A stretch of DNA of 64,000 nt from Cenococcum geophilum. Lineage: Eukaryota. Below the pieces are notes generated by a model. The model saw only the letters and a list, made by a program, of their open reading frames with translations. It did not search any database and had not been told where the DNA came from. The stretch spans positions 31,992,001 through 32,056,000 of the forward strand of contig CP158635.1 of NCBI GenBank assembly GCA_050273025.1, written 5' to 3'. Both the position numbers and the translations under genes were made by a program. The first letter of the stretch is position 1, and every line of letters starts with the position of its first letter. Positions 39,601-52,100 of this stretch are shown here, in pieces.

Positions 39601-39922
39601 AGGACAATTACTTGGCAACGGATAAAGCTTAGGCTAGCGAATATTAAGCAATTAGAGTGCTTAAAGTCGTGGGTAAGAGGAGGAGTTATATAAGGCTAGA
39701 GGAGGCAGCTACTGGTGAATATAAGGGGGGGAGGGAAGGGGTAGAGGACTCTATAGAGACGTCGCCTAGATCAATTTAGGTACAACACCATGCCAAGACT
39801 GTTAATATTGCCTATATCTACAATATCGCGATTATTCATTCATATCGCGATATTCTAATTGGCTTATAAATTGAATACGATATTAGGCCTATTTATTCAT
39901 TCATTCATCATCGAGACCACTA
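36647..39922 (+). mobile_element. hAT transposon, RIP-inactivated, with duplicated 3' end
   Basis: 15-bp TIR cagtggtctcgatga; 8-bp TSD AACATGCG; relics of BED finger (~37240-37310), DAWTSPN (~37690), CxxH (~37990), WNSW (~38300) and dimerisation domain YPSLYRMAIDILSIP...PERIFS. Confidence 0.93.
38843..39922 (+). repeat. 540-bp direct tandem duplication (38843-39382 / 39383-39922)
   Basis: Two copies at exact 540-bp offset, each ending in the right TIR; differences are transitions. Confidence 0.95.
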
Positions 39923-40326
39923 AACATGCGGAACGTTAATCCCCCAACGTAAATTTTAACCCAAGTTTATAAGTAATAAGCCAATTAATTTTAGAGCTTT
40001 ATTATATAGACTTTAATTAATATATATAGAGATAAGGTTTTCCAGGGGGAGACCCCCTGGGACCCCCCTATATAGAGCTTTTGCTTAATTTAGAAGTAGT
40101 AGTAAGATTAAGGCGCCTTAGTCACTACTAGGTAAGGATCTACTATAGTGACCGAGGCGCCCTACTTAAGCTAGGCTTAAGGATTATATTGGTCACGAAT
40201 CTAGTATATATTTGGACTGCAGAGCTTTAATATAGAGCCCTCTACGTAGGATCTGATATAGTGGGTACATATTTACGTTCCCAAATATCGTCACGTAACA
40301 CAATTTTTGGGTGACGAAAACCGCCG

Positions 40327-41318
40327 TTAACGTTGCTCAACTGACACCTACTAGAGGTTCCTCCGTCCTTCCTATCTCCTCTCTCACCCGTCTCCTCGTC
40401 CGATGCTATCTATATCGCTATGTTGACTAATAGATCCCTCAGTAGAGACTAGGGAGGGGTATTAGAGCGCCTCTAGCTCTTATAAGGAAGAAGAAAGAAA
40501 AAGAGAGGAAGGTATAAAGGAGGGAGTATTTATAAATAAGAGGAGGCCTATAAACGGGAGATTAGGCAGCCATAATATAGATATTAACATTACTCGACTG
40601 ACACCTACCGGACGCCCCTCCGTCCTTCCTATCTCCTCTCTTACCCGTCTCCTCGTCAGATGCTATTTATATCGCCACGTCAACTAATAAATCCCTTAGT
40701 GGGGACTAGGGAGGGGTATTAAAGCACCTCTAGCTCTTATAAGGAAGAAGAAGGAAGAAGAGAGGAAGGTATAGAAGAGGGAGTATTTATAGACGGGAGG
40801 AGGCCTACGAATGGGAGATTAGGCAGCCATAATATAGATATTAATATTGCTTAACTAACACCTACTAGACGCCCCTCTGTCCTTCCTATCTCCTCTCTTA
40901 CCTATCTCCTTATTAGATGCTATCTATATCGCCACATTAACTAATAAATTCCTTAGTGGGGACTAGGGAGGGGTATTAGAGCACCTCTAGCTCTTATAAG
41001 GAAGAAGAAAAAAAGAGAGGAAGGTATAGAGGAGGGAGTATTTATAGACGGGAGGAGGCCTATAAATAGAAGATTAGGCAGCCATAATATAGACATTAAC
41101 GTTGCTTGGCTAATACCTACCGGACGCCCCTCCGTCCTTTCTATTTCCTCTCTTACCTATCTCCTTATTAGATGCTATTTATATCACCATATTAATTAAT
41201 AGATCCCTTAATAGGGACTAAAGAGGAGTATTAGAGCACCTCTAGCTCTTATAAGGAAGAAGAAAAGAAGAAAGGAAGGTATAAAGAAGGGAGTATTTAT
41301 AGACGGGAGGAGGCCCTA
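40327..41318. repeat. Tandem array, ~257-bp unit x ~3.9
   Basis: ctgacacctac-type anchor at 40341, 40598, 40855, 41110; copies differ mostly by C->T/G->A. Confidence 0.93.
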
Positions 41319-41399
41319 TAAGTATGTAATTTAGTAAGTACTAATAAGCACGAGATTCTCGTATAAGATGGGCTTAATTGCTTACCAAAATATAGGGTG

Positions 41400-41800
41400 T
41401 CTCTGTTACTGCAGTGGTAGAGACACCTTAAATATTTAATGTAACCGACTACTGAGGCTGTTAATGAGTAAAAGGTAGGCTACTGATATAGTGCGAACGA
41501 TATAGTTATTAATATTGTTTATAGCCTATTTTTGCTTCTAGTGTACGCATAAATTGTCCTTATATTTAGCGTAGAGCTAGTTATAGGCAGTAAGCTAATT
41601 TAGGTCTAGCTTTGCTATTAATATAGCGGTAGGTAGTATATCCCTTAGTATAGGCCGACTTAGTAGTTCTAGCTTAAAAGATTATCTTTCTTCTTAAATG
41701 GGTTAATATACTGCCATACCTTATTAGTTTTGGCTATATCTTAGATAATAAAGAACTATTAAATCTAATTAGATGGCTTATTAAGGATAAGGTTAATTTT
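41400..41800 (-). pseudogene. Copia gag-like N-terminal fragment (RIP-mutated)
   Basis: Reverting transitions gives ILDKPSDWIQWFFIIQDTAKTNKVWQYIDP..., resembling fungal Copia gag N-termini; no LTRs seen. Confidence 0.55.
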
Positions 41801-42491
41801 TAATTTGGTAAAGGTTATTATTTTTAGAATTTAATAGGTTAGGAAGGGTCTAGGTTAGGGTTTAGCTAGCGTCTTAGTAGAACCTTATTTAGACGTTCCG
41901 AACTTTTAATTTAATTTATTAGTTTATTTATTAGTTAGATTTTATTACGGGGAGCGCGATTAATAACCCCTACTAATAGCTCTAACTACGTCTAATTTTT
42001 AATTTATAAATCGGCAGATCTATAGGTAATAGTTATTTTAAGTAGCTCTAGGTGCGGTATATATAAAATCTTAACTATAATATAGAGAGGTCGTGGCTGC
42101 TAATATACGGTCTTAAGTAGTATATATTCTCGAAGGTTACGTAACTCCTTATATAAGCGATATTTCCGCCCTTCTAAAAAAAATTTAAAAATTCTAAAAA
42201 TTAATTAACGCTATAGACAGCAGTAATATTAATCCAGTAATACTGCTAATTCTCCCTATATACTATTATATGTATATCTAATAGCTTTAGAAGTAGTAAG
42301 AAGGTAGGACGGATAGGGGGGTTAAAATTTAGAAAATTGGATTTCGCGGTTAAGCTGTTTAAAAGTTAGGAAACTAAGATAAATGCTACATTCTCCGCTT
42401 ACCTTTAAGCCAGTATATAATTTCCTAATTAGAAAAGGTTGTTTATAAGTAGTTACTACTACCTCCGTACAAAATCTTCTTATTATACTTC

Positions 42492-45400
42492 TATTGGAAA
42501 CATAGGGTGACTCACCAATAACAACTACTCGAGTAGGGTTACAGTGATGTTGGTTAATTCTTATTAATAGGAATAAGGAAAGGGGTGAGGAACTTAAGGT
42601 TCCTTACCACGCTAGGGCCACGTCGACACGTAACGGCAATATGCTTCATGCGACGGCAACTTGCCTTATTCCCGACACTAGCAACTCTTCTTTTTATGGT
42701 TGCTATATATATATATACAAATAGACAGTATACAATAATACCAGATAATATGTAATAAAACCAGACAATATATAACAAAACCAGACAATATACGATAATG
42801 CGGCAGTTAGTAGAATTTAGTAAATAACGCGAAGATAGGTAGGCCGCTAAGACGCTAGTAGTAAGCAAGCTAATAGCAATTTTCTATACCGGGCATAGAA
42901 AATCCTAATTGGTTAGCAGAAGTCCACACCGCCACCTAAATTAATTAGGCGTAACGCTCTTAGCAAGGATCTAACTAATTAAATAACTTTAACCGGCGGT
43001 TAAAGTTCTATAAGATCTTAACTTCTCTAAATTTCCCTCTTAACCTAACCTTTAACTTATATATATAGAGTATTTATATTAATAAACGTCTCTAGTGCCT
43101 TGTTTAGGTTTACCTTTATTATTACATCTGCTAGGTTATCTTAGCCATTAATCCATTAGATCTTAAAGAGTTCTTAACGCTTATAGGACTGCTAAAGTGC
43201 CATAATATCGATTATAAAACGCTTCTCCTTTATAGTACCAAGCTTAACTAAATACTTATAGAGGGAATATAAGTCGGTGCATACGATTATAGGGATAATA
43301 GGAAGTTTAAGCCAGTTTATAATTATCTTAAGGGTAATTCCAATTGCAATTACTATATTAACTCTACTAACCATTCCATATATCTCTAACGCTAGAACGC
43401 TTTAAGTAATACGCTTGCTCTTAGTTAAGCTCTAATAGATAAGGTTGCTATAAATTATAAAGTTATTCTCTCCAATAGATTTATTTACAATAATAATCTT
43501 ATATCCTAGCTAGGAGCTAAAATCTTTATTATTTATAAATGATTTATCGACGAATACAAAGAGCTTAGCGGTAGGAAGGTTAATAGGTACATAGAGTAGT
43601 CCCCTATTAAGATGGTTTATTTGCTAAGAAAAATGCTTATTTAGGGCAAGAACGTTATCCTTAGTTGGTTCCTAGTGTTAAGCGGTAATAGAGAGATTAA
43701 AGGAAGCCTTAAGTTAATAGATAGAAGCTATATAAGCTCTATAAGCGCGTTACTCTATATATCCTTACTTTAGAGAATTAATATTAATAATATTAATCTT
43801 CTTATTTTAACCCTTCTAGCGTAGAGCAATAGAGCCCTTATTTAGGGAGAGGATATATTTATTAAAGAGTAATAGTGTTACTAAGTTAAGTCTTTCCTTT
43901 AGCTTTACTATAAGGTTTGCCTTTACTAGCTTATCTTCTTTAAGAGCTAAGAATTGGTCATCTCCTAAGATAATTATATCATCTATTTATATGCTAATAA
44001 TTCTAAATGGAGTTCCTATAGTTGTAATAAGGAAGTAGGGATTAAATATAGAAGTAGTTATTAAAAGCTTCTCCTTATGGTGCTTGCTGTAGGTAGCCTA
44101 CTAATAAGTTCCTACCTCTACGATTCTATATAATGGCTTAAGTACGACTATAATTATATCCTTAGGATATTAGTGGCGAATTTACTTTAGAAGGTATGCT
44201 AATATTAAGCGCTAAAGGCGCGTCTCTAATTAGGTATAGGCCTAAGTAATATTTTATAGGTAAACCGCTATCCTATTCTTCATTAAGAAGGGAGCTAGCG
44301 TAATAATAACTTATTAACTAGCTTATTAAATTATAGGGGATTATATAAGAATTACTTCCTTACTGTTATTGTTATAACCTTAAATAACTAGCCTTAACTT
44401 CTTAAATGGGGTATTAGTAGCTTTACCTTTAATCTTATTAACTATTCTTAACTTAAATATGTAGACTCTATTAAACTTAGTAGGGTTATATTTCTTAAAT
44501 TTAAAGACTCCTTTTGTAATAAGACCGTTAATCTCCTACTTATTAAATACTTAGAAAGGAGCTCCTAGAGTTATAATACGGCCTTCCTTTTAAAGCTGTT
44601 TTATAAGTTTAAAGTTAGCCTTCTCTTTAGCTGTTATAAAGGCCATTAATAGTTTATCTCTATTTTTAATAGCGGTAATAAATTGCTCTTTAAAATTAAT
44701 AAGATATTAGCGATTTTATAATTCCTTTGGGCGACCTCTATCGCGTTATAGTTGCGGTACGTCTACTATAATTATATTAAAATCGCCTTCGCCTTCTAGA
44801 GCACGTTAATTATAGTTCTCCTTTAGGGTATCCTCTAGGGTATCCTATAAAGGCTTGGAGCTATTATTCCTATAATAGGGCTTAATAACGGTTAAGTGGA
44901 ATTAAGTAGGTTTATGGGGCATCTAAAGAGTATAAGTTTAACTATTAATTATAATAAGTTTATATAGGCCTAACTATTCTCCCTTTTCACGCCATACGCG
45001 TACCTCCAATTAGAGTGGTAGATTAAGTATAGTTAAGGTGTTTAGGCCATTTCTTATTCCTAGTGCGTTATTAACCTAGCGCGTAGCGTAGAGACGTCGC
45101 ACCTCCTTTATTGCCTTGCGAATAGCCTTAGCTTATTACGCAATAGAGGGAGATAGTGGAGAATTATTAGTTATTTAAGGGTAGGCGCTAAAGACTAGTA
45201 ATATAGGTATAAGCCTATCTAGGCTAGCGGTATCGTTAACAGCCTTAATAGCTATCTATAGGATAAGCTCTTTGCTAGCACCCTCTAGTTTTAAAGAAAT
45301 AATCTTATATACGCGGCGTAATAGCGTATAATATTATTCTACTTTTCTAATACTATTATGTGCCTTAATAGGGACTTCCTTAACCTTAATTGTTATTACC

Positions 45401-48400
45401 TTTACCTATTATTAAAACTCTATAAATAAGAAGTTCTTTCCTATATTATAAATAATTTAATTAGGGGGTCCTAGGTAGACATTAATCTAGTATAATTAAA
45501 GAGTATTCTATGCGTTCCTAGCTAATATATTTTTTAAAAAGCGTACGGCTTAGAAGGAGGTTAAGAAGTTAATAACTTAAAGTACTGGCTTGCCGCTAAG
45601 ATATATAACATCTATAATAATGCAGAAGTTAAAGTTATAGTCGTCTTTAAGAGTAAACTTAAATCGGCCAGGGGACTTCTGGTTTATTTAGTAGTAGTAG
45701 TAGTACTTTATAAGATGTTTAATTACCTTAACCTTAACTTTATAACCTATTTGCTAAAGGACCCTAAGTAATTAATAAATAGATAGGTGGCCAAAACGAT
45801 GGTATAGTTAACGTAACTCTAACTTAGTTAGGTGGCTTTAAGCAACGCTCCTTTTTAGCTATTAAAGGAGCAACTAAAGGTAACCCTACTTGCGTATAAC
45901 GGGCACCTAATTATCTCCCTAGACAAGTATATTCTTAAGGTTATTAAGCTTAATACCTAATTAATTTATATCTTAGATGCAGAATAGGAATAGGGTGTTT
46001 ATAGGGATAATATAGAAAGTAATATATCCTAATAGAGTTTGGACCTTAATTGTGCTAAGAAAGATTATAGTACCCTTGCTAAAGCGAATTGTATATTAGC
46101 CTGCTATTAATTAGTTAATTTAAACAAAGCTATTAAGCTACTAAAGAGCTCGAACTTAAGGCTCTCCTACTATAGATACTCCTGCGGCTCTAGTATCTGG
46201 CATAATGCTATAGAAGACGTTTGCTAAGTATCTATTATTAAAGGAGAACGCGGAACTTTCCTTTAGCTTATTAAAGATATTTAACTTTATAATAGAATGG
46301 AGCGTAGATTAGTTATTAAGGATAGCAACGGTTTATATACCATTTACCTTACTATATTTAGTAAAGTATTAGTTAGGAGAATAGTTCTCAATTTCTATAT
46401 CTATAAGGAGCTGTTCGGCCTTATTAACCTTACCCTTAAGATCTTCTTCGCCTTTATATTAAACTAGGAAGTTTTAAAAGTAGGCTATAGTAACCTCTTA
46501 GTTTCTAACATTTTGTACGCTCTGGCGAAACCTATTATATACCTCCTTTTATCTATTAAGAGGGTGTCTAGTTAATTAGTAATTTAGCTTCTTATAAATA
46601 TAGCACTTCTTCTAATAATTGCTCCGAAGTGAACCTCTACAAGGACCTCTATAATTGCCTTATAGTTAACGTTAATTATACCCTTTACTATATCCCCTAC
46701 CACGTTTACTATATATTCGATTAGTCCAGTTATAATTATATTAGTTAGCCGGGTCGATTAAGGTAGGTTAGAGTTAGGCGTTAAATTGCTATACTTCTTA
46801 AAAGCGTAGAGTGGTGCTAATAGAGGATCTTAATTAAGTATACACTCCTTTATAAGTACTTATAGGGTTAAAAAGAGCGAGATTATATTCTTTAATACCT
46901 CGGTATACGCTAATAACTTAATCGCGTAGGCTAAGGTCCTCTTAATATAATTTAGATAAACTACGCTAAATTATCTAAAGTTAATTAAAGAGCTTTTGAA
47001 GATAATTAAGCTAAGAGACACCTAGGTTTATAGCAATAATTCTTAGAAAGGTAGTCTCTCTCTACTCCGATATATATTACTACTTATTCTCTTCTATTTT
47101 AAAGTGGCATCTTATCTCATATATTATTTGGTTAAAATTATATCCTTTTCCTACTAAATAATTATAATAGAAGGTACTAGCGCGGCCCTTAAGCATAACG
47201 GAATAGGCGTTATAATATTAGTTAGGTTCTAGTCTAACCTTCTAGCAATAGTTATAGAAGATACGCAGCTTCGAATTAAGGATGTTATATAGTTCCCCGC
47301 TAAACTTCTTCTCCTAGTCTGCATAGAGCTTCATAAGCTCTATAAGCATTTTTAAGGTGCCTTTAAGTGGTATTAAACTACGTTAAAATTGCATTAGAGA
47401 TTAAGGTAGGGATTACTTTATAGGCTGCAGTAGAGATATAGGGCTTAGTAGAACACGGCGTGGTACCTAATCTTCCTATAGTAGAGTTTAAAGGTTATTA
47501 AATTGCAAAGCAAGGGGATCTTGCGCTTGCTCTTAAGGGGTAGTAGTTAACGTTGCTAGTTAAATTAGTAGATTCTGGGAAGCTAGAGATAGAGGTAAAA
47601 GCGATAAATATAGAATGTAAGAACTTATACCTAGAGCAATAGAATTAGAGCGCGTCTCTATTAGCGTATTATTTGGATTCTATTATAAGTTAAGCTTCCT
47701 CTTAGTGCGTAGTTAGTGCTTAACCTCTTATAGAGTCCATTTATGCTCTTTTTTTACGTTAATAACTTACTCCTAGATATTATCTCTAATAGCACCCCCA
47801 TCTATAGGGATAAATACTCTATTCTCTTAAAGGAAGTTACGGAAGTCTTATACAACGTCCTTCTTCGCAAGAGCCTATATTTCCTTTATCTATCTAATAA
47901 AGTCCTCCTTTATATAATACCATAGCTCGGTATTATTATATTCGCTGTCTATATAGTATACTATGCGGTATACTAAGAATTCGTTTAGGTCCTGTTCCTT
48001 AACGTTTATAGGGTCGATGTTTATATCCTATATCTCCAGGTTAATACTTTTCTCGTACTTCTTTGGGTAAGTTAACGCCATAGTAGGTATAGAATTGACG
48101 GGGTGTCGTACGTTAAAGGTAGGTAGGGTTTTTGGCTTTATAGAATCTCGTAGGTTTGCTATTAAAAGGTAGGTAATTAAGATGTTATTAACGCGTTTTA
48201 GACGTTGACTTTAGGACCATAGGTTTAGTAACACTTCTAACCTAAAGTACTCAACTAAATCTTTATATACGTAGTTGTTTAACGCGTTTCGGACGTTAAT
48301 TTTAGGACTGTAGGTTTAGTGACACTTCTAACCTAAAGTACTCGACCAAATCTTCGTAAACGTGGTTGTTCTGCGTGATAGACGCAACTTAGTATCTCCT

Positions 48401-48752
48401 AGTACTTAGTAACACTTCTATTACTAATTTTCCGTAAGTCTAAGGTAGTATAATATCGCCGGGATCTATTCCATATAAGCGCATATAGCACCCCTATATA
48501 AGACTGTCTCTTCTGTTCGAAAACCTAGCTGCTCTATAGTTAACTGTATATTCAACCACTAATTAGTATTAGAAATATAGGGTGACTCACTAATAACGAC
48601 TACTCGAGTAGGGTTATAGTAATGTTAGTTAATTCTTATTGATAGGAATGAGGAAAGGGGTAAGGAACTTAAGGTTCCTCACCACGCTAGGGCTACGTCG
48701 ACACGTGACGGCAATATGCTTCATGTGATGGCAACTTACCTCATTCCTAACA
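42492..48752 (-). mobile_element. Full-length Ty1/Copia LTR retrotransposon 1, RIP-inactivated
   Basis: 186-bp LTRs 42492-42677 and 48567-48752; TSD ACTTC; minus-strand integrase (HRFGH ~45790) upstream of RT and RNase H (VCTD...KLGT.KEKR..IDIMAL ~43200-43290). Confidence 0.93.
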
Positions 48753-49199
48753 ACTTCTTTAGTCTTACTTATAGATAACTAAAATCGTTTTATATTAAAC
48801 CTATATTTAAATATAAGCCCTAAAAGCTTCTTAACTCGTAAGATTACTATATAGGTTAGCCCAGCTGTCTTATCTTTTTTTTTAATATTTAGAACTACCT
48901 AGTTAAGTATTAGGCCCTAGCTTTTATATATAGTAAAAGCAAAAGCTAGAGTAATTGGAAATTAACGCCGTAAGTAAGAGCCTCTTATACCCTCCTACTT
49001 ATAAAGCACGGAAAATATAGGGATAACTTTCTTACTATCCTGCCGAGTAAATAGGGTAAGTCTGTTATACCTATCTACTATAATTAGTAGTAACTAAGGC
49101 TGATCCTTTTTAATATCCGCGTGTCCCTTCTATATAATATCTTTAATTATACTAGTAGTACCGTTTACTAAGCCTAGTTCAACCCAGATATTCTATATT

Positions 49200-52100
49200 T
49201 GTCTAATTACAGCACCTATTATACCACGCGTATTTACGCGTTCGGTACACCAAGTGCGTGTTTACGCGTTCGGTGCACTAACCACCCGCTTACGCGTCTG
49301 GTGCACCCCTAAAGCACTAACTAATTAGGGGGGGAGGACGCACCAGTATATAGACCACGTAGTCTGCTTTAATATAAAGAAAAGTTACCATCTAAACAAG
49401 CATACGATACTACATGTATTTCGTGCCCGTGGATACGACTCACTCGTGCTATTAAATTAGTACGAACACTGATTAGTGAGCGCGTACAGATTAGCAATCA
49501 CTTAATACCTCCCCCGAGCGATATATACGACAGCGACTACCTGTTTAGACTCCTAGTACGACCTACTAAAAGGTCGGAAGTTGGGGATTACGGACTTATC
49601 TCCAACTCTATATACTTATTTAAGTCTTAGTATAGTTTACTAGAAGTTATAGACGCGAATATAGACCTATATAGAACCCCCCATCCTTAAACCTTAAACC
49701 CCCTATTCCTACTATACCCTCTTTTAACACCTACGACCTCCTTTCGGACCCCTTACGGAGACCCCCTACTCTTCTGCGAACTACTATGGACCTATTAAGA
49801 CCCCTTACGGAAAACCCCTACCCTCCTGCGAACCGTTATAGACCTATTAACCGCCTTTACGGACCACTATAAGACCTCTTCCACCCGCTACGTACTATAC
49901 TACACTACATAGTATGGCAGACCTCAGTAAGCAAATTAGTAAAGGTTAAAAGAAGTGGAGTTAGGGAGTTAACCTTATGTCTACGGACGGCGTTAACAAC
50001 TATATTAATTTTAAAATCCTTAAATACGGACACTATAAGCTTCTAAACGACGACCTATAGGAGCAATACAAGGAAGACTTTGCGGACTTTACGGAAGCTA
50101 TTTTTAAGGCTTGCAACCCTACTGCCGTCCGCAACCTACGAACCCTCCTCCGTAACTACGGTATATGGGTTAAAAAAGATAAATAAGTTACTGTTGCACG
50201 GTCTCTGTATAATATAATACATAAGGAGGACTAAACGGAATGGACTAAGGAAGAAACCCTAGACCAGTTTAATACTACTAAGGAACTCTTTGCTTCTTCT
50301 AAACTTAATATAATTACTAGCCTTATACCTAACCTATTTAACTAAATTCGTCCTATAAACCTAAGCAGTTTTGGAATTAATCTTATAGGCTAAAGCATAC
50401 CTAGTACTTAAGTTACGGACCGCAATACCCCCGTAACCTAAATTATGGACTATAATACCCCCGCAAACTAAAATACGGACTAAAATACTTCCGTTATTTA
50501 AGCCACAGATCTATAAACTATATAAAAACCTTCCGCTGTATAAGTTATAGATCCGTAACCTACCTAAGTAAAGACTTATGGTAAGGAGCTAGCTAACCTA
50601 GTTAAGCTCTATACCGACGAATTTAAGTATAGCGGTGAAAACGATAACTTTAACTTTAAACTAACCATTTTTACAGACCTTTGTTAGAAGGCCGATATTC
50701 CTAAATAGGAGTTTAGCTAAGCCTACTCTACCATGCTACGCGGCCTAGCACTTAACCATTACTACACCAACCTTAAAAGTAACCCCCTTAGTGTTCCCTT
50801 TAATAAGCTATACAAAGCTATATATAACTACTTTAAAGGACCGGAATATAAGCGTAATATCCTTACCCAATGGAATACGACTAAGTTACGGACTGTAATG
50901 GACAAGAATACTAAAAAATCGACTATAGAGTGCCTACAAATCCTTATTAAAGACCTCCGCTACCTATAGCATGGTCTTAATATTAAGCTTTAAACGAACG
51001 ACTTCCTGTATAATAAACTTATTACGGCTTGCTAGGAAATAGAACCCTATAAATACGCCTATTATAAACCCACAGACACCGTAGCTAGCCTTATTAATAA
51101 TTTTCGGTCCTCTATTATAATATATAAAGCCTTAAACCCACCAGGCAGTACTTAAGCCTTTATTACGGATCTATAAAATCCGCAAACTAACTTAGATGCC
51201 TACTTTACGGACCGCCGCTACCGCTAGCAGCACCCGTATTGACCAGGTCCTACCTATAACCCCCGCAGCAACTCCCGTATAAAAGCATACCCCTATAAAT
51301 AAACTAATTAGAGGTGCTTTATATATGGTAAAGAAGGATATTAGTCTATAAGGCATACCTAGGAAGAACGTAATAAGTCTAAGAAGAGACTTAATAGCCG
51401 GATTAACTAGTTCATTTTAGAATATAAAGGAGAGGAAGAAGAGGAGCCTCTTAATGAGTTAATAGAAGCCCTTATAATTGACTTTAATTCAGACACTTAG
51501 GAATAGGAGACCTTAGAGACGTCCCTAACTACTTTTAGACCTTTTACGGACGGCTAAGCCTTTAATATTATAACTGTATTAGCCAACCGCTCCTTTATAC
51601 ACTTAATTACACCTAAAAACTAACCCGTAAGTATACCTGCTAGACTTATTATAGATGTTATAGACCGCGAACAGGACCTATTTGCATATATTACTATAAA
51701 ACGCTATACCGCTAAAGAATTCTATAGCGTTATAATTAATATAGGTACCTTTAAGAAGTCTACTGTAGGTTATAGACAATACCTTGCATATAAAACCACC
51801 ATAAATAATAATACGGACATTGATACTATGTAAACTGGGGCCATAAACGTCTAATTTGGCATTAGCTTAACCGCATTAATTAGATTAGTTAAAGTTAAAA
51901 CTTTAATTGGCCTAGTTGACTTCTATATAGTAAAAGTAGACACCCCGTTCCTACTCTGCCTTATAGATATAGATAGGTTATAGGTGTACTATAATAATAT
52001 TACGGACACCCTAATTGGCCCTATAACTGCCCTAAGAAGCAAGCATATTACCCTACTAATTACACGACGATTTAGACACCCGTTTCTTATATAGGGAGAG

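Noticed and set aside
40327..41318. Regular repeat array as a CRISPR-like locus
   Set aside because: Whole ~257-bp units are repeated with no unique spacers, no cas genes, and the genome is eukaryotic
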